Source: Thermoanaerobaculia bacterium
Lineage (GTDB): Bacteria; Acidobacteriota; Thermoanaerobaculia; UBA5066
DNA: 64,000 bases
Direction: 5' to 3'
Assembly (NCBI GenBank): GCA_038245905.1
Contig: JBBRRY010000006.1
Coordinates: 1-64,000 of the forward strand
This document shows, in pieces, positions 10,003-20,040 of the stretch (position 1 is its first letter; every line of letters begins with the position of its first letter). The position numbers and the translations under genes are program-made. Under the pieces are notes generated by a model, which did no database searches, was not told the DNA's origin, and saw nothing but the letters and a program-made list of their open reading frames with translations.

Positions 10003-11054
10003 GGACGCTCGCGACACTTCTGGTTGCGACGGGTTTCGTCGCTTTTTCTTTGAAAGGGGAAGAAGGTCCAGTCTTCTCCGCGACCGTCGACCGGACATCC
10101 GTTTCGATCGGCGACCGCGTCGTCGTGACGTATTCCGCGCGCATTCCAGCCCGCTCTTCGCTCATGCTGGAGGCTCTCGTGACGCCCGCGCCAGAGGAGG
10201 GCGCGCGGCCGCCCGGCGGCGCCATTCTCGAGTTCGAGAACCCGGCCCCGCCCACTGTGACGAAATCGAAGACCGGGGATTTCTTCGAATGGTCGCAATC
10301 GGTCGCACTTTTTCCGTTTGCCGCGGGAACCGTGCTCGTGCCGGGACCCCACTACACATTCGAGGAAAATCCGGGAAACAAGTCGGGCATCCGCCCGCCC
10401 ACCGTGGAACTGACCGTCGCTTCGCGTCTCCCTCCCGACCAGAAGCCCGAGGAGATCGCGCCGAAGGCGGACAAGCCGGTGCGCATTCCGGCCTGGCCCG
10501 CGAAGTACTGGGTCGCGCTCGCCGCGGGCTTGGCTCTCTCCGCTTCTCTCGTCGCGTGGCTCGTCTGGCTCGTCATTCACCGCCGCCGCAAGGCCGCGGG
10601 TGAGGAGGCGGGCGCGCCCGCGATCCCCCCCGGCGAGGAGCTCCGCCTCGCTCTGGCGCGGCTCGCGGCGGCCGCCGAGGGCCTCGGCGACGACGCGCGC
10701 GACTTCTACTCGGAGCTCACCCATGCGGTGAAGCGTTTCCTCGAACGCGCGACGGGCGAGCCCGTTCTCGAATGGACGACGCTCGAGACCGTGCGGCGCC
10801 TGCGCGAGAAGGGCTTCGATTTTCCTCGCGAAACGGCCTTCCCCGATCTCCTGGCCTCCGCGGACCGCGTGAAGTTCGGTAAGGGCGCCGCGACACGGGA
10901 GGACGCCCGGCAGGCTCTCGTGAGGGCGCGCCTCGTCCTCGAGGACGTCGAAGCACGGCAGAGAGCTCAGGAAAAAGCGCAGGAAGCGGCGCGCGCGGCA
11001 ACGGCGCCGAACACAACGCCGGACGTGGCTCCGAAACTGCGGGCGGCCTCATGA
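9999..11054 (+). CDS. Membrane-anchored protein of the Bat operon (BatD-like N-terminus)
   Basis: Signal peptide, ATVDRTSVSIGD, one TM helix, and FYSELT..VKRFL / ADRVKF motifs typical of the gene between DUF58 and batA. Confidence 0.75.
   Translation: MRTLATLLVATGFVAFSLKGEEGPVFSATVDRTSVSIGDRVVVTYSARIPARSSLMLEALVTPAPEEGARPPGGAILEFENPAPPTVTKSKTGDFFEWSQSVALFPFAAGTVLVPGPHYTFEENPGNKSGIRPPTVELTVASRLPPDQKPEEIAPKADKPVRIPAWPAKYWVALAAGLALSASLVAWLVWLVIHRRRKAAGEEAGAPAIPPGEELRLALARLAAAAEGLGDDARDFYSELTHAVKRFLERATGEPVLEWTTLETVRRLREKGFDFPRETAFPDLLASADRVKFGKGAATREDARQALVRARLVLEDVEARQRAQEKAQEAARAATAPNTTPDVAPKLRAAS
10043..10066 (-). repeat. Dispersed element copy (core TTCAAAGAA on the minus strand)
   Basis: 10045-10063 TTTCTTTGAAAGGGGAAGA is the exact reverse complement of 52595-52613. 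Confidence 0.8.
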
Positions 11055-12106
11055 CGGGTTTCCGCGCCCTCGTCGCATCCCTCGTCCCGCCGGGATTGTC
11101 TTTCCGCGACCCCCTTCTGCTGCTCCTCCTGCTCCTGATTCCGCTCGCGATCGCCATCCGCATCCTCCGCGAGAAGCGCGGTGACGGCGCGCTCGTCGTC
11201 CCGACGCTCGCGCACGTTTCCCGGGTGCCCTCCACGTGGCGCGTGCGGCTCCGGCACGTGCCCTTCGCGCTCGCGCTTCTCGGCTACCTCGGCCTCGTCG
11301 TCTCTCTCGCGCGGCCGCGACTCGGCCTCGAGCGGACGGAGTCGTGGACGGAGGGGGTGGACATCTTCATCGCCCTCGACGCCTCCGGTTCGATGGCCGC
11401 GGAGGACTTCCGGCCGAAGAATCGCTTCTTCGTCGCGAAGGCCTGCGCGCGCCGGTTCATCGAGGGGCGTTCGAGCGACCGGATCGGCCTCCTCGTCTTC
11501 GCCGGGCGCTCGCGCACCGTTAGCCCGCTCACGACCGACCGCGGGATGGTCCTCGACCGCATCCAGGGCCTGAGGCTGGGAGACCAGGGCGACGGCACGG
11601 CCATCGGCCTCGCTCTCGGAAACGCGCTCGCGCGCCTGAAGCCGTCCAAGGCGAAATCGCGCGTCGTGGTTCTCGTGACCGACGGCGGCAACAACGCGGG
11701 AGAGATCGACCCGGACACCGCGGCGGGTGTGGCGAAGGCGCTGGGTGTGCGCGTTTACACCGTGGGCGTCGGAACGAACAACGGGCCCGTCGAGATCCCG
11801 ATCCCCTTTCGCGACCCCGAGACCGGCCGGGTCACCGAACGGCGGATTCGGGCGAACGTGGACGTGGACGAGGCGCTTCTCAAGCGCATCGCGAACGTGA
11901 CGGGCGGCCGCTTCTTCCGCGCGACGGACGCACAGGGTCTCGCCGACACTTTCGCCACGATCGACAAGCTCGAGAAGAGCGAGATGAAGACGACGAAGTA
12001 CACGCGCTTCCGGGAGATCTTCCCGCTCGCCGCGCAGCCGGCCGCCGCGTGCCTCGCGCTCGCCGGGCTCGCGACCCTGTTCCTCTTTCCGGTGACGCCC
12101 CGATGA
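11051..12106 (+). CDS. batA: BatA-like VWA-domain membrane protein
   Basis: LARP, MIDAS DASGSM, DRIGLLVFAG, GTAIG, VTDGGNNAG and GGRFFRATD motifs. Confidence 0.88.
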   Translation: MTGFRALVASLVPPGLSFRDPLLLLLLLLIPLAIAIRILREKRGDGALVVPTLAHVSRVPSTWRVRLRHVPFALALLGYLGLVVSLARPRLGLERTESWTEGVDIFIALDASGSMAAEDFRPKNRFFVAKACARRFIEGRSSDRIGLLVFAGRSRTVSPLTTDRGMVLDRIQGLRLGDQGDGTAIGLALGNALARLKPSKAKSRVVVLVTDGGNNAGEIDPDTAAGVAKALGVRVYTVGVGTNNGPVEIPIPFRDPETGRVTERRIRANVDVDEALLKRIANVTGGRFFRATDAQGLADTFATIDKLEKSEMKTTKYTRFREIFPLAAQPAAACLALAGLATLFLFPVTPR

Positions 12107-13998
12107 CCGCGCTCCGCACGTTCTTCGCCGAGCCCGAGCTGCTCGTTCCGGGCGTCCTCTTCGCGGTCCTCGCGATCGGCTCCCTCCTCCTCGCCGTCCG
12201 GCGCCGCGCCGCAAGGAGCGCCACGCTCATTTCCCCCGCCCTCGCGGCCAAGGCTGGCCTTGCGCGCGCGGGCCGCTTCCCCGCCACCATCTCTCTCCTC
12301 GTCCTCTTCTCGATCCTCGGCCTCGGGGCGGCGCTCGCGCGTCCGCGCTGGGGCACGACGACCGAAACCGCCGAGCGGCACGGCACGGACGTCGTGCTCG
12401 TCGTCGACACGTCCGCCTCGATGCGAGCCTCCGACGTCTCACCGTCGCGCTTCGTCCTCGCCCGTCAGGCCGCTCAGTCCCTCCTCTCGCGGCTCGGAAG
12501 CGATCGCGCGGCGCTCGTCGCCTGTGAAGGAGAGTCTCAGGCCCTCGTTCCGCTCACGCTCGACGCCGCGGCGGTCGGCCTTTTCCTCGATGCGATGGAG
12601 CCTGGCATGGGGGCGAAGCCCGGGACGTCGATCGCCTCGGGACTCGCGGCCGCGGCCGACCTGTTTCCGGCCGGCTCGGCGGGCGGCAAGAACGTCGTCA
12701 TCTTCTCGGACGGCGAGGACCTCGAGGGCGGCGTGGACGCCGCGATCGCGCGCGCGAAAGCCGAGGGCATCACGGTACACACGGTCTTCGTGGGCGCCCT
12801 GAGCGGAAGCGGCGCCCCGGTTCCGGACCTCGACGCGGCCGGGCGGACGAGCGGCTTCAAGAACGACGAGAAGGGCCAGCCCGTGCTCTCGAAAGCCGAT
12901 CCTGATCTGCTGCGCCGCCTCGCCGCGGAGACCGGGGGATCCTTCACCGTCGTCTCCCCGGGCCGCACGGACCTCGAGGGCGTCGCCCGGCAAATCGATC
13001 TCGGCGCGCGCAGGCCGATGTCCGAGGTCCTCGTCACGACTCTGGAGGAACGCTTCCAGATTCCGCTCGGCATCGCGGTCGGAGCGCTGGGACTTCTTTT
13101 GCTCGGATTCGGAGGAAGAGGGAAAAATTTGCTTAGAAAGGGGAAGAGGGAAGGGTCCGCGCTCGGACAAGCCGCGGCGCTGCTCCTCGCGCTCCTTGTT
13201 GCCGCGCGCACCGAGGCGCAGCAGCCTGGCCCGGCAGCGCCCGCCTCGCCCGCGCCAGATGCTCAAGCCTCCCCCGACGTATCTCCTTCTCCTTCTTCTC
13301 TCCCCCTTCTAAGAAAAATCCTCTCTTCGCCCCGGTCCGAAGCAAAAAAAGGTCAGAAGTCCCTCGACGAGAAGAAGCTCGGCGAGGCTCTCTCTCACTT
13401 CCAACAAGAAGTCACGCTCGACCCGAAGGATCCGACGGGCGCGTACAACCTCGGCACCGCCCAGTCGAAGGCAGGGCGCGCGTCCGAGGCGCTCGCGTCC
13501 CTCGAGAAGGCGCGAAAGGAAGGCCGGGGCGGCCTCGCGGCCGACGCGGCATTCAACGCCGGCCAGACGTTCTATCGCGAGAAAAAGTACGAGCCCGCCG
13601 CCGCGGCGTTCCGTGAGGCGCTGAAGCGCCGCCCGGGAGACGCGGACGCGGCCTGGAACTACGAGCTGTGCGCGCGGCGCGCCGAGGACGAGAAGCAGAA
13701 GCAGAAGCAGAAGGACCAGCAGAAGAAGGACCAGAAAGACCAGAAGGATCAGAAAGACGACAAGAAGAGCGGGAAGGACGGGAAGGACGAGCAGCCCGAG
13801 AACCCAAACGACAAGCAACAGGCGGGAAACAACGAACTGAAGAAGCAGCAGCAGGAGAGGGAGTTCGAGCAGAAGGCGAATATGACGCGCGACAAGGCCG
13901 AACAGCTTCTGTCGGCCATCGAACGGTCGGACCTCGACGAGCAGAAGAAGAAGGTCGCCGAGCAGCGCAGCAAGCGGCGGGTCGCGAGGGACTGGTGA
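12103..13998 (+). CDS. BatB-BatC fusion (VWA + TPR + Q/K-rich tail)
   Basis: LARPRWG, DTSASM and FSDGED; TPR repeats (AYNLGTAQ, AFNAGQTFY, AWNYE); Q/K/D-rich linker; C-terminal RDW. Confidence 0.85.
   Translation: MTALRTFFAEPELLVPGVLFAVLAIGSLLLAVRRRAARSATLISPALAAKAGLARAGRFPATISLLVLFSILGLGAALARPRWGTTTETAERHGTDVVLVVDTSASMRASDVSPSRFVLARQAAQSLLSRLGSDRAALVACEGESQALVPLTLDAAAVGLFLDAMEPGMGAKPGTSIASGLAAAADLFPAGSAGGKNVVIFSDGEDLEGGVDAAIARAKAEGITVHTVFVGALSGSGAPVPDLDAAGRTSGFKNDEKGQPVLSKADPDLLRRLAAETGGSFTVVSPGRTDLEGVARQIDLGARRPMSEVLVTTLEERFQIPLGIAVGALGLLLLGFGGRGKNLLRKGKREGSALGQAAALLLALLVAARTEAQQPGPAAPASPAPDAQASPDVSPSPSSLPLLRKILSSPRSEAKKGQKSLDEKKLGEALSHFQQEVTLDPKDPTGAYNLGTAQSKAGRASEALASLEKARKEGRGGLAADAAFNAGQTFYREKKYEPAAAAFREALKRRPGDADAAWNYELCARRAEDEKQKQKQKDQQKKDQKDQKDQKDDKKSGKDGKDEQPENPNDKQQAGNNELKKQQQEREFEQKANMTRDKAEQLLSAIERSDLDEQKKKVAEQRSKRRVARDW
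13111..13155 (-). repeat. Dispersed element copy (purine-strand orientation) in batB/C
   Basis: GGAGGAAGAGGGAAAAATTTGCTTAGAAAGGGGAAGAGGGAAGGG; core TGCTTAGAA at 13130-13138. Confidence 0.8.
13282..13328 (+). repeat. Dispersed element copy (pyrimidine-strand orientation) in batB/C
   Basis: TCTCCTTCTCCTTCTTCTCTCCCCCTTCTAAGAAAAATCCTCTCTTC; core at 13307-13315. Confidence 0.85.
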
Positions 13999-15818
13999 AA
14001 AGCGCCTCCCTGTTCGCCGCCCTCGTCCGCGCCGCGGCTGCGGTCGCCGTCGTCGCGGCGCCTCCCGCCCGCGCCGCCGATGAGCTCACCGTGCAGGTCC
14101 TGGTCGACAAGGCGAGGCCGGCGGCGGACGACGTCGTCAGGCTCACCTACACGTTTTCCGGCTCCGGCCTCGGCGGCACGCTGCGCCTCCCCGGATCCCT
14201 CCCCTTGAAGAACCTGGTCCTCGCGGGCGGTCCGTCGAAGTCGGACCAGATGTCTTACGTGAACGGGGTCTTCAGCCGTTCGCTCTCCCTGACGTACTTT
14301 CTCAGGCCGCAGGGCACCGGCCCGGCCGAGGTCGGCGAGGTCGCCTTCGGATTCGACGACAAGACGGTGAAAGCCGCGAGCTATCTCCTCGACGTCGGGC
14401 CCGCCCGAGGGCACGCCGCTCAGCCCGCAGAGCCGGAGAGCGACGACCCGCTCATGTCCCTCCTCAGGCGGCGAGACAACGGGGCCTCCCGCGCAGCCGC
14501 GTCCGGCGCCCCGCGGGCCAAGCCGCTGGTCGAGTTCCGCGTGACTGCCGACAAGACGACCGCATACGTCGGCGAGGAGATCACGCTTCACTACGAGCTC
14601 CTCACGCAGGCCGACGTTCAGGGCCTCGAGTACCTCGACCCCCCGCGCTTCCCTGGCTGCTGGGCCGAGGACCTGGAGAAGCCGGAGAAACCGGTGGGCC
14701 ACCGCGACGTCGTCGACGGGCGCACGGTGATGCGGTTCACGCTTCTCAAGAAGCTCGTCTCGGGACTCAACCCCGGAACCGTCAACATTCCCGAGGCGAA
14801 GATCCGCACGAGCGTACGCATGTCGCCGGACCCTTTCAACGACCCGTTCGGCTTCTTCCCACGGCCGGAAGTCATGGACCTCGTCGCCAAGCCTCTCGCA
14901 CTCAAGATCCTCCCGATCCCGGGCGATGCCGCGTTCCACGGACCCGTCGGCCATTTCGACCTGAGCGCAAAGCTGGATCGGACGCGCGTCGCTCCCGGCG
15001 AGGCCGTCACGCTGCGTCTCCGGCTGTCCGGCGCCGGCAACCTGCGCACGGCGACGGATTCGCCGAAGGTGGACGTCGCGGGCGCGACCGTGTATCCGCC
15101 GAGCGTGAAGTCCGAGGCCACGCGCACCGGCCGCGCCCAGGTGTCCACCGAGTGGAGCTATGTGCTCGTGCCGAAGGAAAGCGGCACGGTAACGATTCCG
15201 CCGATCTCGCTCGCCGTCTTCGACCCCGGAGAGAAGCGGATCGTGACGAAGACGACCGCGCCTCTCACCTTCGTGACGGAGGGCGCAGCCCTCGGAAGCG
15301 GGGCGTCGCTCACGACCGCAGATACCATACTGCCTCCCCTGCCGGCCACGGCCACGTCCGGCGCACCGAAGACGGCAGCGCCCGCGGGGGCACCGGTCGC
15401 CGCGGACTTCTCGCATCGCACCGTGACGTTCCCGCTCTGGGCCGTCGCGGCGATCCCCGGGGCGGCCCTCCTGGCTCTCGGCGCGACTCTTCTCGCACGC
15501 CGACGGAGGAAAAGCAGCGCCTGGCAGGAGGCCCTGCGCGCTGAACCGGGCGAGACGAAAGAACGCGCGGCGGCGCGGGTCGACCGCGCCCTCCGCGAGG
15601 CGCTTCTTCGCCGTTATCTCGTCCCCGACGGGGTGTCCGCGGCCGAGGTCCTCACCGGACTCGCCGAGCGCGGCCTTCCCGCTGCGCGACTCGACGACGT
15701 GCGGGCGCTCCTTTCGGACGTTGATTTCCTCCGTTACGCCCCCCAGCTCGGCGACTACGAAGCGAGAATCGAGGGGTTGCGCGCGCGCGCCCGGGATGTC
15801 CTGCAACGCCTCGGCTGA
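13995..15818 (+). CDS. batD: BatD family protein
   Basis: Signal peptide, repeated Ig-like BatD modules (AYVGEEI, GPVGHF, GEAVTL..SGAGNL), C-terminal TM; GTG overlaps the previous stop. Confidence 0.85.
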   Translation: MKSASLFAALVRAAAAVAVVAAPPARAADELTVQVLVDKARPAADDVVRLTYTFSGSGLGGTLRLPGSLPLKNLVLAGGPSKSDQMSYVNGVFSRSLSLTYFLRPQGTGPAEVGEVAFGFDDKTVKAASYLLDVGPARGHAAQPAEPESDDPLMSLLRRRDNGASRAAASGAPRAKPLVEFRVTADKTTAYVGEEITLHYELLTQADVQGLEYLDPPRFPGCWAEDLEKPEKPVGHRDVVDGRTVMRFTLLKKLVSGLNPGTVNIPEAKIRTSVRMSPDPFNDPFGFFPRPEVMDLVAKPLALKILPIPGDAAFHGPVGHFDLSAKLDRTRVAPGEAVTLRLRLSGAGNLRTATDSPKVDVAGATVYPPSVKSEATRTGRAQVSTEWSYVLVPKESGTVTIPPISLAVFDPGEKRIVTKTTAPLTFVTEGAALGSGASLTTADTILPPLPATATSGAPKTAAPAGAPVAADFSHRTVTFPLWAVAAIPGAALLALGATLLARRRRKSSAWQEALRAEPGETKERAAARVDRALREALLRRYLVPDGVSAAEVLTGLAERGLPAARLDDVRALLSDVDFLRYAPQLGDYEARIEGLRARARDVLQRLG

Positions 15819-15868
15819 ATGCCGAATTCGAGCACGGCGACACCAAAGCGTAAAATGGCGGAACCATC

Positions 15869-17026
15869 GTGACCACAAGAGCGGCCCGGGTCATCCCGCC
15901 CAAGCAACTGGCGCGTTACATGGAGCGCCATCGCCTTCTCGACGAAACGAGCGGGACGCCGCCCGACCGCTTCCTCATCACGCTCGTGAATCGCGCCCTG
16001 GAGTTCGTGCCGGCGCAGGCGGGCGCACTGCTCCTCGACGACCCCGTCTCGAAGGAAGACGACCGCTCGCACAACGAGCTCACGATCATCGTCGCGGCGG
16101 GAGACGTGAAGGACGCCGCCGTCGGGCGGAAGGTGCGGCCCGTGGACGGCATCGCAGGATTCGTTTACGCCCGCGGTGAACGTACCTGCGTGAACGAGGT
16201 CGGCGGCGCGCACGCCTTCTCCCGCGAAATCGACGCCCTCCTCGAGCTGCCGATCACGAACGTCCTCTCCGTGCCCGTCGTGATCGAGAACCATGTTTGT
16301 GGCTCTCTCATCCTCCTGAATCGCCAGGGTGAGCCCGCCTTCACACCGCGCGACGAGCGCCTCATGGAGCTGTTCGGGGACACGCTTTCCCTCGCGCTCC
16401 AGAACCTGCTCGACGAACGGCGCGCCCGCGAGGTCGCCCGGCGCGACTCGCTCACGTCTCTTTACAACGACCGCTACTTCCACCGGAAGCTCCAGCGTGA
16501 AATCGACCGGCTCGGCGAGACGAAAGACGGCGAGCTCGCCCTCCTCTTCCTCGACTGCGACCACCTCAAAAGGGTCAACGACCTTCACGGACACCTCGCG
16601 GGCAGCCAGGTGCTCCGCGAAGTCTCGTTCATCCTCCAGCGCACCCTCGCGGAAACTGTCTCCCTCGCCTGCCGTTACGGGGGCGACGAATTCACGGTGA
16701 TCCTCCTCGACGCCAATCTCGCCGCGGCCGTCGCGATCGCCGAGAGAATCCGGAAGGCGATCGACGACTGGACGTTCCTGCCGATGTCGATCGGTCCCGG
16801 GGAACCGGCGCTGAACCTCAAGAACGTCGTGACGATGTCCGTGGGCGTCGCCACCTATCGCGCGCACGTGGATACGTCCCTGCCTACCGCCGAGCAGAAG
16901 AACCAGATCCTCAAGAAGGCGGATTCCGCCCTCTACGCCGCGAAGACCAAGGGGAAGAACTGCGTCGTCGCCGCCGAGGCGTCCTCCCAATCCGACGGCG
17001 GCACCTCGGTCATTCTGAAAACCTGA
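15869..17026 (+). CDS. GAF-domain diguanylate cyclase
   Basis: GAF domain, then DSLTSLYN, DCDHLKRVNDLHGHLAG, RYGGDEF and ADSALYAAK..GKN. Confidence 0.93.
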   Translation: MTTRAARVIPPKQLARYMERHRLLDETSGTPPDRFLITLVNRALEFVPAQAGALLLDDPVSKEDDRSHNELTIIVAAGDVKDAAVGRKVRPVDGIAGFVYARGERTCVNEVGGAHAFSREIDALLELPITNVLSVPVVIENHVCGSLILLNRQGEPAFTPRDERLMELFGDTLSLALQNLLDERRAREVARRDSLTSLYNDRYFHRKLQREIDRLGETKDGELALLFLDCDHLKRVNDLHGHLAGSQVLREVSFILQRTLAETVSLACRYGGDEFTVILLDANLAAAVAIAERIRKAIDDWTFLPMSIGPGEPALNLKNVVTMSVGVATYRAHVDTSLPTAEQKNQILKKADSALYAAKTKGKNCVVAAEASSQSDGGTSVILKT

Positions 17027-17093
17027 AATCGACCGCAAACCACCTGGCGTCAGTGCCTTCCGTCGAGGCGCCGGGACGGGTTAAAATGCCCGG

Positions 17094-18452
17094 ATGGCCG
17101 CTTCTTCGTCCTCCGTCCTGCCTGCCGACACGGCGCAGCACGTCCTCGACTCCCTTTCGAAGCACATGCTCGTCGATGGCTACCACGTGGTCATGGACCT
17201 CCGGAAGTCGCGCGGAAATTTCCTCCACGACTCGCTCCACGGAGTCGAGCTCCTGGACTTCTACTCGCACTTCGCGACCTGCCCGATCGGCTACGCGCAC
17301 CCAAAGCTGACGACCCCGGAGTTTCTCGAGGAGCTCGCGTGGACCGCCGTCACGAAACCCGCAAACAGCGACATCTACACCGAGCAAATGGCTTCCTTCG
17401 TCGAGACGTTCGCGCGCCTCGGCGTGCCGGCAACCCACTCCGCGCACATGTTCTTCGTCGAGGGCGGAGCTCTCGCGAACGAGAACGCGTTGAAGGCCGC
17501 CTTCGACTGGAAGGTTCGCGGGAACTTCCGCAAGGGCCACCGCCGCGAGGTCGGCTCGAAGATCCTGCACTTCGAGCAAGCGTTCCACGGCCGCAGCGGC
17601 TACACGCTCTCCCTCACGAACACGAGCGACCCCCGCAAGACGATGTACTTCCCGAAGTTCGACTGGCCGCGCGTCGTGAACCCGAAGCTCACGTTTCCGC
17701 TCACCGAAGAAAGCCTCGGGGCGACGATCGCCGTGGAACACCTCGCCATCGCGCAGATCGGGCGGGCGATCGCCGAGAATCCCGACGACATTGCCGCGCT
17801 CATCCTCGAGCCGATCCAGGGAGAGGGCGGCGACAACCATTTCCGCATCGAATTCCTCGCGCAGCTGCGCACGCTCTGCGACGAGCACGAGATACTGCTC
17901 ATCCTCGACGAGGTGCAGACCGGCATGGGCCTCACCGGCACGATGTGGGCCTTCCAGGGTCTCGGCATCACCCCCGATCTCTTCACCTTCGGCAAGAAGA
18001 CTCAGGTCTGCGGCTTCGCCTCGAACGACCGGATTCTCGGGGAGAAGGAAAACGTCTTCACGGTCTCCTCGCGCATCAATTCGACATGGGGCGGGAACCT
18101 CGTCGACATGGTGCGCTGCAAGAAGATTCTCGAGGTCATGGCGGAGGAGAAGCTCGTCGAGAACGCGAAGACGACGGGCGAGTTCCTCCTCGGAAAACTG
18201 AGCGAGGTGGCGTCCGAGTTCCCGGGCAAGGTGACGAACGTGCGGGGCCGGGGTCTCTTCATCGCGTTCGACCTCCCGGACACGAAGACGAGAGGAGAGG
18301 TCATGTCCTGCTGGCTGAAGAAGCACAACGTGATGTCGCTCGCTTCTGGCGAGCGCGCGATCCGGCTGCGTCCGCCCCTCACGCTCACGAAAGATGAGGC
18401 CGCCCTCGGAGTCCAGCGGCTGCGCGCCGCGCTGACCGAGATCGTCGGCTGA
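17094..18452 (+). CDS. lat: L-lysine 6-transaminase (class III PLP aminotransferase)
   Basis: KPANSDIY, GGALANENALKAAFDWK, FHGRSGYTLSLTNT, EPIQGEGG, DEVQTG, FGKKTQVCG and SSRINSTWGGN motifs. Confidence 0.92.
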   Translation: MAASSSSVLPADTAQHVLDSLSKHMLVDGYHVVMDLRKSRGNFLHDSLHGVELLDFYSHFATCPIGYAHPKLTTPEFLEELAWTAVTKPANSDIYTEQMASFVETFARLGVPATHSAHMFFVEGGALANENALKAAFDWKVRGNFRKGHRREVGSKILHFEQAFHGRSGYTLSLTNTSDPRKTMYFPKFDWPRVVNPKLTFPLTEESLGATIAVEHLAIAQIGRAIAENPDDIAALILEPIQGEGGDNHFRIEFLAQLRTLCDEHEILLILDEVQTGMGLTGTMWAFQGLGITPDLFTFGKKTQVCGFASNDRILGEKENVFTVSSRINSTWGGNLVDMVRCKKILEVMAEEKLVENAKTTGEFLLGKLSEVASEFPGKVTNVRGRGLFIAFDLPDTKTRGEVMSCWLKKHNVMSLASGERAIRLRPPLTLTKDEAALGVQRLRAALTEIVG

Positions 18453-19180
18453 TCCGTCTCTCCCGCCGAGCCGCTGTCCCTCTCATCCTTCTAAGCAGTC
18501 TTCTTCTCTACTCTTTCCTCGTCTTCATCCCCCTTCCTCAAATCCTCCTCCTCCGCTGGCGGGACCCGTCGACGACGGCGTTCATCCGCGCGCGGCAGGA
18601 GCGCCTCCGCGCGCATGACAAGAGTGACGCGATCGACCGCCGTGCGGTGCCTCTCTCAAGGGTGGCGCCCGCCCTCGTCCGCGCCGTTCTCTCCGCCGAG
18701 GACGCGCGCTTCTTCGAGCACCGTGGCATCGACTGGGATGCGGTCGGAACCGCCCGCGCGTGGAACCGGGCCCACGCCGGGGACCGCAGGAGGCGCCTCA
18801 GGGGCGCCTCGACGCTCACGCAGCAGCTCGCGAAGAACCTCTGGCTCACCGGCGAACGCACGTGGTGGCGGAAGGGACGCGAGGCCGCCATCGCGGTCGT
18901 CTTCGATCGGCTCGTCCCAAAGACGCGCATCCTCGAGATCTACCTTTCGGCGATCGAATTCGGCGAGACAACTTACGGGTGCGAGGCCGCGTCGCGGGCC
19001 CTCTTCGGCATCAGCGCGAGCCGCCTCTCCACGGCTCAAGCGGCGCGCCTGGCGGCCCTTATTCCCGGTCCCGCGTGGTACCGCGCGCATCCGGCCGCGT
19101 GGGAGCGCCGCGCGGCGCTCATCGAGCGGCGTCTCGAGGGCCAACCTCTGCCCGGGGGTCTCACGGCGCCTGCGCGCTAG
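18449..19180 (+). CDS. mtgA: Monofunctional peptidoglycan transglycosylase
   Basis: AEDARFFEHRGID, RGASTLTQQLAKNL, RKGRE and RILEIYL motifs. The frame extends upstream through a TM anchor to CTG 18449, which overlaps the lat stop (start inferred). Confidence 0.88.
   Translation: MIRLSRRAAVPLILLSSLLLYSFLVFIPLPQILLLRWRDPSTTAFIRARQERLRAHDKSDAIDRRAVPLSRVAPALVRAVLSAEDARFFEHRGIDWDAVGTARAWNRAHAGDRRRRLRGASTLTQQLAKNLWLTGERTWWRKGREAAIAVVFDRLVPKTRILEIYLSAIEFGETTYGCEAASRALFGISASRLSTAQAARLAALIPGPAWYRAHPAAWERRAALIERRLEGQPLPGGLTAPAR
18481..18520 (+). repeat. Dispersed element copy in the mtgA TM-anchor coding region
   Basis: TCTCATCCTTCTAAGCAGTCTTCTTCTCTACTCTTTCCTC; core TTCTAAGCA at 18489-18497. Confidence 0.7.
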
Positions 19181-19190
19181 AATCGCCGCG

Positions 19191-20033
19191 ATGAAAGACC
19201 GTCGCCCGGCTCCCGTCGGCACCGCCCTCGCTCTCGCCATGACCTCGCTGGCGCTCGGAGCCTGCCGCCCGAAGCCCGCCGAAATCCGCGTCACACCCGC
19301 GAAGGTGACGCTCTACGGGCCGGGGCGCTCACAGTCGCTCAAATACGACGTGTTCGACAAGAAGGGCAATCCGATGCCGGGGCTCGTGGCGGCGTGGACG
19401 TCCGACAAGCCGAAGGTCGCGTCCGTCGACGGGAACGGGCTCGTCCGCTCCCTCTCGCCCGGCCGCGCGATCGCGACCGCGAATTTTCAAGGCCTCGCCG
19501 CCAGCGCGTCCGTGGAAGTCATCGACGTAGCATCCCTCACGGTTTCGCCGAACCGGATGACGCTCGTCGGAGCGACCGGTACGAAGATGGCGCTCGTCGC
19601 GGAGGTCCGGGACGCCCGGGGAAATCTTTCCCCCCTGAAGCTGAAGTGGAACTCCGGGGATCCGAAGGTCGCGACCGTCGACGGGGACGGCGTCGTGACC
19701 GCGGGCGCGGAAGGCCGCACCACCGTCATCGCGAGCCTCGGCAACGACGTCAGTGCGGCATGTGACGTAAAGGTCCTGCATCGCGAAATCGGGGCCTTCG
19801 AGCTGACACCCATGACCCTGATTCTGAAAGTGGGCGAGACCCAGAGGATGACGGCGACGCTTAAGGACGTCACCGGCCTCGTCATCGAGGACGCGGCGCT
19901 CGCCTGGACGACTTCCGACCCGAAGACAGCCACTGTCACGAACGGGGCCGTCACCGGTGTCGCGCGCGGCGCGGCGCGAATCTCCGTCGCGACGTCCACG
20001 AAGACGCTCGGGGCGGACGTTCTCGTGAACTGA
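19191..20033 (+). CDS. Lipoprotein with three Ig-like (Big_2) repeats
   Basis: Lipobox LGAC; three repeats W(T/N)S(D/G)xPKVA(S/T)VDxxGxV. Confidence 0.85.
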   Translation: MKDRRPAPVGTALALAMTSLALGACRPKPAEIRVTPAKVTLYGPGRSQSLKYDVFDKKGNPMPGLVAAWTSDKPKVASVDGNGLVRSLSPGRAIATANFQGLAASASVEVIDVASLTVSPNRMTLVGATGTKMALVAEVRDARGNLSPLKLKWNSGDPKVATVDGDGVVTAGAEGRTTVIASLGNDVSAACDVKVLHREIGAFELTPMTLILKVGETQRMTATLKDVTGLVIEDAALAWTTSDPKTATVTNGAVTGVARGAARISVATSTKTLGADVLVN

Positions 20034-20040
20034 GGCCTCC

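Noticed and set aside
13680-13870. CAGAAG/GACCAGAAG purine-rich quasi-repeats
   Set aside because: They encode the Q/K/D-rich linker normal for BatC-type proteins, use GC3-rich codons and lack the TTCnnAGAA core.
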